Positions 54,001-64,000 of a stretch of DNA of 64,000 bases are shown piece after piece. The position numbers and the translations under genes were made by a program. The notes under the pieces were generated by a model. The model ran no database searches. It worked only from the letters and a program-made list of their open reading frames with translations, and had not been told where the DNA came from. Origin of the DNA: Tubiluchus corallicola (Eukaryota > Animalia > Priapulida); NCBI GenBank assembly GCA_030141605.1, contig JAQGDQ010000049.1:310001-374000 (forward strand), in the 5' to 3' direction. Position 1 is the stretch's first letter; every line of letters starts with the position of its first letter.

Positions 54001-57000
54001 TGTTCGACAAAGAAGTCCCGAAGGACTTATTTACTGTAAGTTTTTTGATTACGAGTTGGCTTTGTTTTGGCATCTTTGACTTGGGTCACGTGACCTAGCA
54101 TTTTGGGATGTACTCGTTGCACATTTATTCCATCTCAGCTTTCCACATATGCAAAAAGTGCGTTTCATATGTGTTTAAAACTGCACACGTTTCATAACTG
54201 TTTCCATTTTAGCAAGTGCAATGCAGAAACTTGTGAGGTCTTTTTTATTACTGCTGGCAAGAGTTTTAAAAAACTGAATGGGCAATACTAAATTATTCTC
54301 ATACTTTGCATAGGATGAGATTAACTCAGCAATAAGCTGTAGAATCACAGAGATTTTACATGTTACAGCTGAGAAGATCATTAGTATCAGTGACATAGCT
54401 TTTTAACATTATCATTAAAGTAACAAAACCCTTGCACAGATAGGATCTACCATAACCAAACTGTCACATGATCAGTATTGTCATTATCAGAATTACCGAG
54501 GTTACCATGATTATTCTCATCATCCTTGGTGACAATGATAACACTGATAAAACTAACATCGGCAACAGAATCAGCAAAACAGACAATGCAAAACAACAAC
54601 AACCGCAACACCTGTCATTAGTACTGTAAATCTGTTGTGTTCATGTTTAGCCTTCATTTAAAAGCAAAATTCTTACAAAACATTTTGCACATTACTAATA
54701 AAAATTAGTATCTGCATAATAAATAATGCACAAACATTCTCTGTAGTGTTTTGCTAACTTCACTAATTTTTATTACAGGCGTTTGAAAGAAGGAAACGAC
54801 TAGCCGATCAAACAATCACGAGAGAGGATGGTGATACTCATAGAGCAGCAGTCATTAAATTTCTCAATCAGGTATTGCCTTTTTGCTTGTACATAAATTA
54901 CCTTTACTTTAACATTGATGGTGCATTTTGTCATTTATTGATAGTTTACTGAGTTTGCTTAGCTGGTGATGACTGGGGTATGTTACAATTTCAGGTTCGG
55001 GAGCAAGTAATGTTAAAGTTACGAGTAGCACAACATCAAAGAACATTGCAAGACATGGTGTATGAGGAACAGTTACCGGACATCAGGTACGTATAAGTTT
55101 TCTGCCGATAAGTTTTTAAAATTTTGTGGCGAGTCAAAAATCCTGTGCCATAGTCACAGACCTTTGTCGAAACTAGTGAAATAAAAACTTTGCATACAAG
55201 ATTCAGGTACTGAAAAGCGAACATTTTAATTATTTGTGAGAGCATTATTAAATCAGCACTAATTGTTCTTTAAAACTATTGCAAGCTAAATGCAAATGGA
55301 ACTGCATTTATTATTAGGAATAATTTCAGTATTATAAGTTGAATCAGAGCATAAACAAACTAAGCAAACAAATTTACATGTAACATGTGGCAGTTTCAAA
55401 GCTTATTTGCATAAAAGAATCTTTGGCTAAATTGTTCGTCACTTTGTTCCTTAGCATTCAGTCGGTTGCCTGTTATTCAGTGGAAAACCTCTTATTATTT
55501 TAGGATAATCTATTTTTCTATAGTGCACAAAGAATTGATGCATACGTTTCATTTTATGCTTTGATTGAGCATGCAAGAATACTTGAGCATAATTGACTGT
55601 AACCTTAATAATGTTTGAGAGAATTTATTTGTGAGTAGTTTAAAAGTGAACCAAAGTCATGAACTTATCCATCCTCCAACTGACTGCAGGTAGACAGTTG
55701 TTGACTTGTGTACAGTGTATTGTTACTATATTAACATGATTTGCTGCAGCAATATTGTAAAATATTGACGAAGTTCGCTTAGTATAAATTTTGCCCCTGC
55801 TTCATTTCGTTGAAGACTTTTTTGTTCGGTTTAAACTGTATTGTTAGCACTAATGAAATAATGAACAAGTGAATACATGCATGTTCTGCATTATATTTTA
55901 CCCAACTTTTATACTGTGTTAATTATAGTTAGTGTTCTATGGTGCCTAGCAGCAATTAAATAAAAGCATCAGTATTATAATTAAAATTTAAAAGATCACA
56001 ATAAAATCTGGTGAATTTAAACCAGACACTGTACACGACATGAAATTAGCAAACTTAGTTTGAAAAGGCTAAAATGAACAAGCATTTTCTTTCAGCTTGA
56101 GCTTTTTCTTAAACACGTCAATTTTAGTGCAACAACGCTAATCAAGTGGAAGTTTGTTCCATTCTCTGGAACAAGCTGCTGAAAATGATCTGTCTGCAAA
56201 AGTTTTACAACGATTGAAGGGTATATAAGCACAAGTTAGATCTAGAGTACATAAGCACAAATTAACCTCGTTATTGGCTAGCTATAACTAGGAAAGATTA
56301 GCCATTAGGACCAATGATATTACTGCTCGATTTTAGACAGCTAGTAGCAAGAGATAAAATGTGTGTAGGGAAAAAGGAGAGTTGTAGTTAGTAAATGGTA
56401 AATGATGTAGAAGATATGATAAATGATATGATGAAGAGGGTGTTTGGTTGCTCAGACACATTCATACAGCCCATTTTTACTTAAGTCTGCTATGCATGTA
56501 ATTGTCTTAGTTATTGCAAAGCTTAATAATTTTACATTTCACTTGTGTCACTACGACAAGGCTGATGAGTGTCAAGGTCTAGTACTTGAATTAAGACAAT
56601 CAGTCGTTCTTATTGGATAATAATATAATAACAATAACCTTTATTTAAAGCCGACTTTACATGCCGGATGTTCTGTTTCTGTTTCTATGTTGGTAATTTC
56701 AGCACGCTTAAATTGAATTTGATGTATCTGGCCGAATCTCGTCGACCATTACGGCCTGTACGAAAAGAGCGTAAGAAAGTCACTGCGCAGAATCTGATGG
56801 GAACAGAAGTGAAGATTCTAATCAACGTCGTGCGAGCATTTGATCTACCCGTCCGTACAAGCGCACAAGAGGTAACTCATCCAGGGTAAGTTCTCAAAAC
56901 AAGTTAGAAAGTCGTATCATTCTTAAGAATATGATAAAATTATGTATTGTTTAGTTGAAATTTGTTAAAAAGCTAAAGCGACTTTTACACTAGACAAGGT

Positions 57001-60000
57001 ATCACGATAAAAAATGGATTATGAATATAAATCCAAAACGTAGAGTAATAGAGTAATGTAGACCCTTTTCACGGTTTTGCTATGCTCATGCACAGTGAAT
57101 CTGGCTCATCTTCAAGTGCAATCGACATGTGACCTTATGCACATAACTACTTGTAGGTGAAATGGGTGAAACACGTGATATTTTTGTTATTATATTATAC
57201 GCATATAATTTTAAACTAACAAGTTATTGTTATCCAAAAACAGATAGCAAAAAAGCAACAGCAATCCATGCAAAATGAAATAAATGAAGCAAAAATTAAT
57301 GCCAAGAACTATTACTAATACAACAGCATGGGCCTCGAGACGTTACCAAGCAGACCAAATTGTTTGCTGACGGATCCGCTCATCCCTGATACAAAGTAGT
57401 AATTTCATTTTGCGATTTTTTTCCTTCCATTTTTCTGTATTTTTGTGAAGGATGTGTTATTTTGTTTGACAAGGCATATTCTTATTTTGCTGTGAACAAC
57501 TGACACCTAATTTCTGCTGCACATATTTCAGTGCTGCCCCTGGTGGAAAAACTGTAGCTTCCACAGTTTTAGGATCTGTGCCCAGTGCAATGGCGATGGC
57601 ATCAGGGCCATCAGCTAGAGGTTCCTCTTCAACGACACAAAAAGAAGTACGTGTGGAGTACTGGAACGGTGGAGGATTAGCTTGTATAATATAGATAAGG
57701 AAAACTTGACTTGCTTGTTGATAAATAAATGTATATTTCACTCTTAACAATAACAGTTAGTAATTGATCTTTTACAAATTTTCTTGATCTTTTACAAATT
57801 TTCTAGATTAAGTAAGTAATTAAATTTTTGATTTACTGTCTGAAGTATTGAAATCAGTAGTTGCCCAGTATGGATTTGGTATTCTAGTATTATTGGTTTC
57901 TGTAACAGCAATGTTTTTATGGGAATTGTTAGCCCAGACATAGCCTTCCCCATCTTCACCACTTCAGGAAGGCTGGTGGCATTGAACAGTTTGATGGTTG
58001 GACTTGCTCTATCCTCTCCTAGCTAGCATATGCCTTCCCATTTGGAAGGGGCCAGGCAGTCTCCGCCTGAGCTCCCTTTGCTACCTTGAGACCCCGGCTG
58101 CACTGCGTGGAGAAGTTGGCTTGGAGCGAGCTGTTCGCTGTTACTGCAAGTCTCGCCCCCTCACAGCATAGAAGTTTTGAAATGGCTTTAATTAATGCAG
58201 TAAACTTGAACTTGGTGAAAAATCAAGATTTTGATATGCAGTTAGGATGAATAGGAAAAGAAAAATAGGAAATGATTGCAGCTCAGGGTTCATAAGTCAT
58301 TTTTTCTGAAGTTGTTTTACAGAATTTGGTGGTTATTGGAGGTGTAAGATTAAAAATTTATTTAAATTTCAAGCAAGTTTTTTTCTGTACTTTTATTTCT
58401 TTGCACGATGAGTTTTAATTTGCAAAATTTTTTATATTTAATTAAAAGTGTGATAATTTTTTTACTGTATTTAAAACCTTGACTGAACTAAGTTACTGTT
58501 AGGATGTGGGTCAACCGGTAGTGAGGCCATATGTTGAAGTCGTTTTCCAAAAGAATACCCTCAAAACTAGTGTAGCTGAGGGTCCTAATCCTTGCTGGAA
58601 TGAAGAACTTCAGCTACCATTTAGGTAAATTTGGTTTATACTTTAAACAATATATAAAACGTGGCAGCTGGCAACGTACAAAGTTTGGTCATTTGTACTA
58701 ATTATTTCACTACTTCAGCCCTATCAACTAATTAGTTATTTACCTGTGAAAAAAAAGAGGAAAATGTGTGCTGAAAATTTTTTGCAAACTTCGTATTTGA
58801 ATCCAAAACCGTGATTTTAATGACAATTCAATAATTATCGGAAAATTATCAACACAGAATTTTTTTTAAATTCATCGACACCATGTTTTATACATGTATG
58901 ACAATTGAATTGGTAATTTACTGAGGAGTCTTTTGTATCACCTTTGTTCTACTTCTCAATGTTTTTGTTTTATATTCTTTTTTTTCAGAGCACCAAACGA
59001 TGATTACTCATCCTCTAATTTGCAGTCAATCAGAGACATTTTATATTTCCACTTATTTGATGAAGTTGTGGTTGATATTCTTGAGGTATGATAATTACTC
59101 AAAGCTGTGCTCTCCGAATACATGATTACTGATGTTTTTACCAGTTTTGTGATTTTTTCTTCACTACTTTTTAACATTGATGTAATGTAGTGTAAAATAT
59201 ATTTGTATAGCGCACTACATTATTTAAAATTTCAGCATGAGAGAATAATAAAATACATTTAAAATTTATATGATACATTTAGTAGTTACAACTGGAACTT
59301 AGTCTAAGAGAAGGTAATGTGCCTGTATCAGATTACTTTATGAGTAATTTGAATATAGGAAGTAGCTCATTAAATATCATGATTTCACTTTAACATTGCA
59401 TAGCATTTTCAGACTAATTTATTCAGCTAAGCACCATGTTACTACTGAATTTAGCATTTATCTAGAATTAGATTGAAACAATAGTACCACACTGTAATGC
59501 ATTCATTTCTGAATACAGGATGAGCGTGATCGTGGCACAGCTGTACAGCAGCGGATACAACGACACTGGCTGGGTAGATTTGCAATTCCATTTACTACCG
59601 TGTACTTTCATTCAAAGGTAAGTATTATTGCTTCAGTAGGTTTGATTACGGTTGCATCTTGATCTAATTTATTCTCTATTACAAGTGTGTTTTCTATTTA
59701 GATAGAGGGAACGTTTCGGGTATACTCTCCTTCAGTCCTGCTTGGATACACTCACCGTTTTCACGGAACTCAGGGGGAGGGCGGAGAGGGCGATATGTGG
59801 GAGTTGGGCAAGGGACAAAAGGAGCACACTTACCTGTCAATATTTGTAACCATCGAGCCACCATTGATTCCACCTGAGAAAATTGAAGGAAAGGTAAGAA
59901 AATTTGTTTTGTCACCATCATTTTCATTGTCATTTCATATCGGTAACCTAAGGCAAGTAAAAATTGTGGCACAAGTAAAAATTGTGGTACCAGGTGAGTG

Positions 60001-63000
60001 TATTACATCTCAGTCATTATCAATGCCTTTATGAGTAGGAAAACAGAATAGAATTTTATTTTTTACATGGAGCACATTAAATTCTATATACAATATTTTC
60101 ATAATGATCCATGGCATGTGAGTAATAGTTAAAATATAAAACAGAACACAATATCTTAAAATGAAACAAAACTAAAAACTGACTAAAGTACTAAAACAGG
60201 CAAGTAATAAAATACTTTGTAAAATTTGATATTAACTGAAAGCAAAAATTAGATAAATGTACTAAATTAGACAATTTAAAGTTCTTCGCAAAATTAAAAA
60301 CAAAAATTAAAAAAATTAAACAAAAGTACTAAAATAGGCAATTATATAACACTTTGCAAAACAAGACATAAAGCCAACATCAGCGCAAAAAATTTCAGTC
60401 AAAAAATCTGTTTTTAAGTGTTAAAATTTAAATAAAAATTTGTGATACATAAAATACAAAAAAACACTGTTTTAAAACTTAATTAAGTGTTTAATTATAT
60501 TAAAATATGAATTACTTGAAGCAAATAAAAGATCACTAATGTTAATATTAATGTTAATGCGTTGTTGTAGTGGTATTCAACCTCTATTACAAAGAACTTA
60601 TTAAACCTTAAAAGCCTCATTCATTGATCTGTTACTAATCGAAATTTTACATTGCCTTCTATAACCTGTACTAACAAAAGATAAGTTACAAATCTTTTTT
60701 GTGTATGTGTATCAAAAATAATGTAGTGATATGTCTTTAGTAGCGCGTAGGTGGCTCCGATTGATAGTGCTCTATTAGAGAGATCTTAGACCGGCTTTTT
60801 CAAGTTGAAAGTAGCTCAAGTTTTACAGCATGTGCCATGGGCGCACAAGTTCTAAGTTCAAATCTTAGTTTGCTTACAATTTTTCAGCACCTCCAATTTC
60901 AGTTAATGAGCAATTTGGATTAATTGTTGTAAACTTGATGCCTTTCTTTATTTGTGTATATGTATGTAGCCTTTGTTGGATTTGTTACACAAAAAAGTGA
61001 GAAGGAACTGAAAGGAATTTTTTCTAGATTTTTCTAGAGTAGTTATATTACCTCCTAAAATGTTTAAATGTCACAGATGCCATCTAATACATGTTGTGCT
61101 GCTACATAGCCAGCAAGATGCAATATTTGTTGCTCTGCATTTATTTTTTTACATTTTTTCTCTTGTAGTTTGACACTAATGAAGATGAGAGATTGCTTCA
61201 ATATGTTGCTGGTTGGAGAAAAGAAATAGATATTCATTTTCCATCTAGGCAAATAAAAACATCAGTTGTTGATATGACTGGCAAGCTTGTTTTTATAACT
61301 AGATTTATACGTGCAATCAAACCACCAGAAGAGACAGCCAAGCCACCAAATTCCACAATGACAGAATCGGTACCACTATAATCAACTTTTATCAAATTCT
61401 TTATTAATAGTTTCCTCTGCAAGGGGACGACACAATGCAGATTTTAAACTTGTGTTTTGCTTGTATTGAACGGCACTTATAGTGACTGCAGACAGATTAG
61501 CTCCTTTTCTTGTAACTGCATCATCCACTGATAACATTGATACAAAGTATCTGGTGATTTCGTTCTTTTTTTCATCCTTTTTCTGCTTTTAGGAGTTGGT
61601 CGCTCAGTTTGTCGCCACGATTCCATCCATCGATGACAACGTCTTATACTCTACTATCTGTGATATATGGAGTACGTCCGATGTAAGTTTATGTATTAAC
61701 AACGAATGTTTATACAACTTTACATATCTGAGTCAAAAATCGGATGAATACAATTAGGTCATGACTGAAATTAGACTTAACATACAAAACCGATTCTTAT
61801 ATCAGAAATGGAAATTGATACTGGTAGTCTGGTATTGTTATTATTCATTGCCACTTTTGTTTCCACGTGCGTTACAGAAAAATATTATAAAATTTATGTG
61901 CAAAATTTGATTTTAAAGGCCACTTTTTATCAACATTCAAGCAAATTATGTGATCTGTGAGAAAATCAGACGTTTTCTCAGGACTTTTAAACTGTGACTC
62001 TATGTACCTGTTAATGGTGAGATGGTTAACTTATACGTAATGGATTAATTTACTGTAGTTTAGGTAATAATTAATTTTTGCTTACTCTGTTCTACACTGC
62101 TCTTTACTATGTTGATGTCACAACTTATTTGAAGTGTTTCCTCAACACTGAAAGATTTCATTACCTTGTTTCCTCAATACTGAAAGATTTCATTACCTTG
62201 TGTTTTTGTTGTTATGCTTTAGCATGTCAAACAACAAATGAATCCTTATTTCCTTTAACTGATACAGGGCCAGTAATTTTCACTAGAAGCCATTGTCAAA
62301 TGTATGTAATGTATAAAACAATTTTTATGCTTGCGAAATTCTGTTCCAGCAATTTCTGCAAATGTTGTGTGGAGATGACGAGGAACACGCTGTTTTACTA
62401 TGTAATTTATTCCTACAAATGGGGAAGAAGGCGTGGCTGTGCATCGGCTCTGCTGTACCACAAGGCCGGACATCTTTCGTCCTGACAAAGGAAGAGAATG
62501 AGGCACATTGGTTATGGAGTGCAACAAGTGGTGAACACTACAATACCAGAGATAATTATTGCCCTATGCAGGCTATTTGGTGCTTAGTCGATCAAGAAAA
62601 TGTGAGATGTCATTCAAATTTGATTGTGCTGCATTTGTCATTGTGCACGTCACGGAAATGTAATACAAACAAGCTCTCCTTTTACCCTGTGGCGTGAACT
62701 TGCAGCTTTTACATTGCAAATGTGATATTTTCAGAATGCAGTTTAAGACTTATTTTAGTTTATTTCAAGCAAAAGCTGATAAGCAGGGTATATTTTTACC
62801 TACATTTTTTTGCAAAATTTCCATTATTTGGTTTGTAGATGTTATCATAATACATCACTTTAGTATTCTAGTTTTTTAAACTTTTTGTGAGTGTGCCTCT
62901 AGATACTCATTTATTTGCTTCATTTTCCTACAGCTCAATTATGCGCTATACAGCTACAAGTCCGGGAATAATACACTTGTCTAAAGAATTCATATGTAAT

Positions 63001-63453
63001 GAAAGTAAGAATTAAGAAAAAGAAATTAGTGTTATTTTATTTGCAAGAAAGTAGTGCAGTTTCTCTCACTTTGCTACAGTCTCTTAAAGTGTAATGCTGC
63101 ATTTACAGTTCCTTAGTTCTAAAACTTGAGAGCTAATCACAGTGCCTTGAAATGTAACTTTCTATTTACATTTTTTTGGTATTAAAGTTTCTGAATTAGC
63201 TAGACTCTTTATATGGTAAATTGCTGTCTGCTGCATATTAATTCTGTTGATGCAGTGAGTTCTTTTACGACTAATTAAACATCTGATTTCAATAGCTACA
63301 CTTCTGTGCTACACACTGTGTGTATTTCAGATATGGGCCAACATTCAGGTGCACGAGCAACCCTCAGAAATGAACTTCAACTTGAACAAGACCAGTAGTT
63401 GGAAACCTTTGTTTAATAAATCTCATCCCAGACCAGCACTCTCAAGTGTTCAG
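23358..63453 (+). CDS. CC2D2A: Coiled-coil and C2 domain-containing protein 2A (MKS6, ciliary transition zone), 3'-incomplete
   Basis: Coding exons read by eye: 23358-23374, 23877-23985, 24826-24921, 25508-25670, 26993-27105, 27597-27692, 29169-29258, 29499-29681, 30309-30402, 31813-31950, 33973-34112, 34889-35011, 35129-35338, 36011-36132, 37390-37530, 38838-38994, 39544-39809, 40121-40213, 40755-40839, 41392-41545, 50714-50861, 51868-52006, 53829-54035, 54779-54871, 54995-55086, 56703-56885, 57532-57646, 58503-58624, 58989-59085, 59519-59617, 59702-59893, 61169-61369, 61593-61682, 62350-62601, 63331-63453. Motifs: [77 protein letters not shown]2 domain [31 protein letters not shown]. The N-terminal exons are less certain. 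Confidence 0.93.
26402..26805. mobile_element. PIF/Harbinger-like MITE
   Basis: Imperfect TIR GAAGCCATCCACATATAACGATAT / ATATCGTTATATGTGAATGGCCCT, with TTA on both flanks and internal CCTACCTACC repeats. Confidence 0.7.
27355..27412. repeat. (AG)n microsatellite
   Basis: Direct run. Confidence 0.95.
27728..28285. mobile_element. Degenerate Tigger-like DNA element
   Basis: TA|CAGTAAGTTCTCGCTTAACG at the left and CGTTAAGTGAGAA near the right. Similar left ends occur at ~38020 and ~40900. Confidence 0.45.
31366..31738. mobile_element. Unclassified MITE with bipartite inverted repeats
   Basis: Outer IR GAATAAGCCTTTTCACAGTT / AACTGTGAAAAGGCTTATTC. Inner IR AGGTCAAAGGTTAAGTGAAC (31411-31430) / GTTCACTTAACCTTTGACCT (31674-31693). 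Confidence 0.75.
32311..32743. mobile_element. hAT-superfamily MITE
   Basis: Perfect 14-bp TIR CAGGGGTGTGCAAA / TTTGCACACCCCTG, perfect 8-bp TSD GTTTAACT (32303-32310 and 32744-32751), and subterminal GCGGCCC/GGCCCG motifs. Confidence 0.93.
35672..35861. mobile_element. Short MITE (Harbinger-like termini)
   Basis: GAGGCGGATTCAC ... GTGAATCTGGCCTC imperfect TIR, with repeated CTTACGA/CTTACAA internal motifs. Confidence 0.5.
36405..36572 (+). mobile_element. 5'-truncated copy of the SINE at 9001-9260, with a (TTA)n tail
   Basis: TAGTTGTAG...TATTTACAGTCGGC...AGCTCTTT...AATTGTTCA.CCAAAAGCCGAC.TTAAAT matches the reverse complement of ~9005-9092. Confidence 0.75.
40230..40314. mobile_element. pogo/Tigger-type MITE, family copy 3 (short, reversed)
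   Basis: TA|CAGCCAAACCT ... AGGTTTGACTG|TA; reverse-complement similarity to 19453-19525. Confidence 0.7.
42146..42198. repeat. (TTA)n microsatellite
   Basis: Direct run. Confidence 0.9.
43379..45191. repeat. Long degenerate TC/TG microsatellite (TGTCTCTC-type), split by a LINE fragment
   Basis: Two tracts, 43379-43776 and 44459-45191. Confidence 0.95.
43777..44458 (+). mobile_element. 5'-truncated non-LTR retrotransposon 3' end (R1/I-group-like CCHC C-terminus)
   Basis: Peptide [39 protein letters not shown], stop at 44198, 3' UTR, AATAAA plus a (TTA)n tail, and a candidate ~18-bp TSD at 43759-43776 / 44459-44476. Confidence 0.8.
45204..45217. promoter_or_regulatory. Consensus RFX X-box motif GTTACCATAGCAAC
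   Basis: Exact match to GTNRCC-N(0-3)-RGYAAC. Function is not demonstrated. Confidence 0.4.
46844..47779 (-). CDS. Single-exon orphan rhodopsin-class (class A) GPCR, 311 aa, nested antisense in a CC2D2A intron
   Basis: Seven hydrophobic segments, N-terminal NNT sequons, TM1 Asn (FVNVLIL), [15 protein letters not shown] (DRY-like), TM4 Trp (IAWVL), TM5 [10 protein letters not shown]7/helix 8 [19 protein letters not shown]. Confidence 0.9.
   Translation of the reverse strand: MLFDEVYVMQNNNTSASAKVREIYNMIGITYHFYVLIISILALFVNVLILASFARYRALRVCRNFGIISTAIDGVLMVTALLLFAILRLTRLLKRSDVSPNAICFHKIIWWHFTTADFYVLWLIAIERCIAIFLPLRYHAFVTPKKTLVGMVIAWVLAALMLSFFLLPNWIRMGIPCYWNFSQTYVQVLFIVLYILPGVALLFVYGAIWRKAHQQAMRVSAELGNFHVSSVNAKVQRKSTTTMGLVVLYFTVLFLFYVITEAVVHIYIDAISQKLYTFVHMLSYSRVIIYPLIYSRSPEFRTAFKKLLACK
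48165..48730 (-). mobile_element. Degraded RTE-clade LINE 3' fragment
   Basis: Frameshifted minus-strand translation ([33 protein letters not shown]...[12 protein letters not shown]...[23 protein letters not shown]) is typical of the RTE region after the RT domain. Confidence 0.75.
48911..49180. mobile_element. Short reversed copy of the pogo-like element at 11839-12738
   Basis: ATAGGTGCTGTTTAATAGACTCAC ... GAGTCTAACAGCACCTAT; the right part matches the reverse complement of ~11870-11940. Confidence 0.7.
49521..49667 (+). pseudogene. Decayed inverted duplicate of the 5' end of the nested GPCR
   Basis: Translates as [29 protein letters not shown] / [17 protein letters not shown] versus [54 protein letters not shown]. 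It has no ATG, two stops and a frameshift, and is truncated after TM1. Confidence 0.8.
52100..52800 (-). mobile_element. Degraded RTE/RTEX-like LINE 3' fragment
   Basis: Minus-strand remnant [21 protein letters not shown] with a short (GAA)n tail at ~52100-52110. The upstream boundary is approximate. Confidence 0.55.
62135..62200. repeat. Tandem duplication of ~32 bp (GTTTCCTCAA(C/T)ACTGAAAGATTTCATTACCTT x2)
   Basis: Direct repeat with one mismatch. Confidence 0.85.
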
Positions 63454-64000
63454 GTAAGTAGAATAGCATTTAGACTATATTTTATTAGACTGGATCAGAC
63501 TTTCTAAGTGAAAAATTGCAAGATCTTATTATTTCTTTGAGCACTTTCAAGCATCTTCTGCAATGGGTTACAATTTATCTATTTGTAACAAGTACAAAAC
63601 TTCTTACAAAAATGAAAATTTTCCTTCTGAATTTTTTTCTGTACATTAGATGTAAGCAGTTATGTTAGCGAAGGAAAAATACAGACTATAAATTTCATTA
63701 CAACGGCTATGGGCTGTATAACGTAATTGTTTTGTATATAACTGAGTTCTATACCTACCGTACTAACATGTCTTACTTTCACTTAATTATATATATTTAT
63801 GTTGTTTATTGATTTGTTTGTATATTTGATGTGCTAGTACCACCAGTGTAAATAAAAATGTTATAGGGGCCCCAAATAACTTTGTAGAGCACCTCTGTGA
63901 CCTTTGACATGAAATTCCTGGTTTTTCTAATTTTTGTGAAGTTGCAATATACTAGGCACTTGTGTATGCTCATTATTAATTAATCAGTAAGATTTTCATG

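Overview
AT-rich, intron-rich eukaryotic DNA, most likely from an invertebrate metazoan; I see no prokaryotic features. Four conserved genes alternate in orientation: (1) the 5' end of a class III GLUT10/12-like sugar transporter (minus, runs off the left edge); (2) a complete RIOK1 kinase gene (plus, 14 coding exons); (3) UBXN7 with an intronless CDS (minus); (4) the ciliary transition-zone gene CC2D2A/MKS6 (plus, 35 coding exons read here, runs off the right edge). The most unusual region is the ~9.2 kb CC2D2A intron at 41546-50713. It holds a ~4 kb non-autonomous DNA transposon with ~500 bp terminal inverted repeats, GAG...CTC ends and TTAA duplications (Sola3-like). Inside that element are a TC/TG microsatellite split by a LINE 3' fragment with an apparent target-site duplication and a consensus RFX X-box. 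Directly beside it is an intact antisense single-exon orphan class A GPCR, and ~1.7 kb further on a decayed inverted copy of that GPCR's 5' end. The other introns carry many MITEs, SINEs, LINE fragments and microsatellites. I found no convincing new multi-gene system. Exon boundaries were read by eye, and family assignments rest on recalled motifs rather than database searches.
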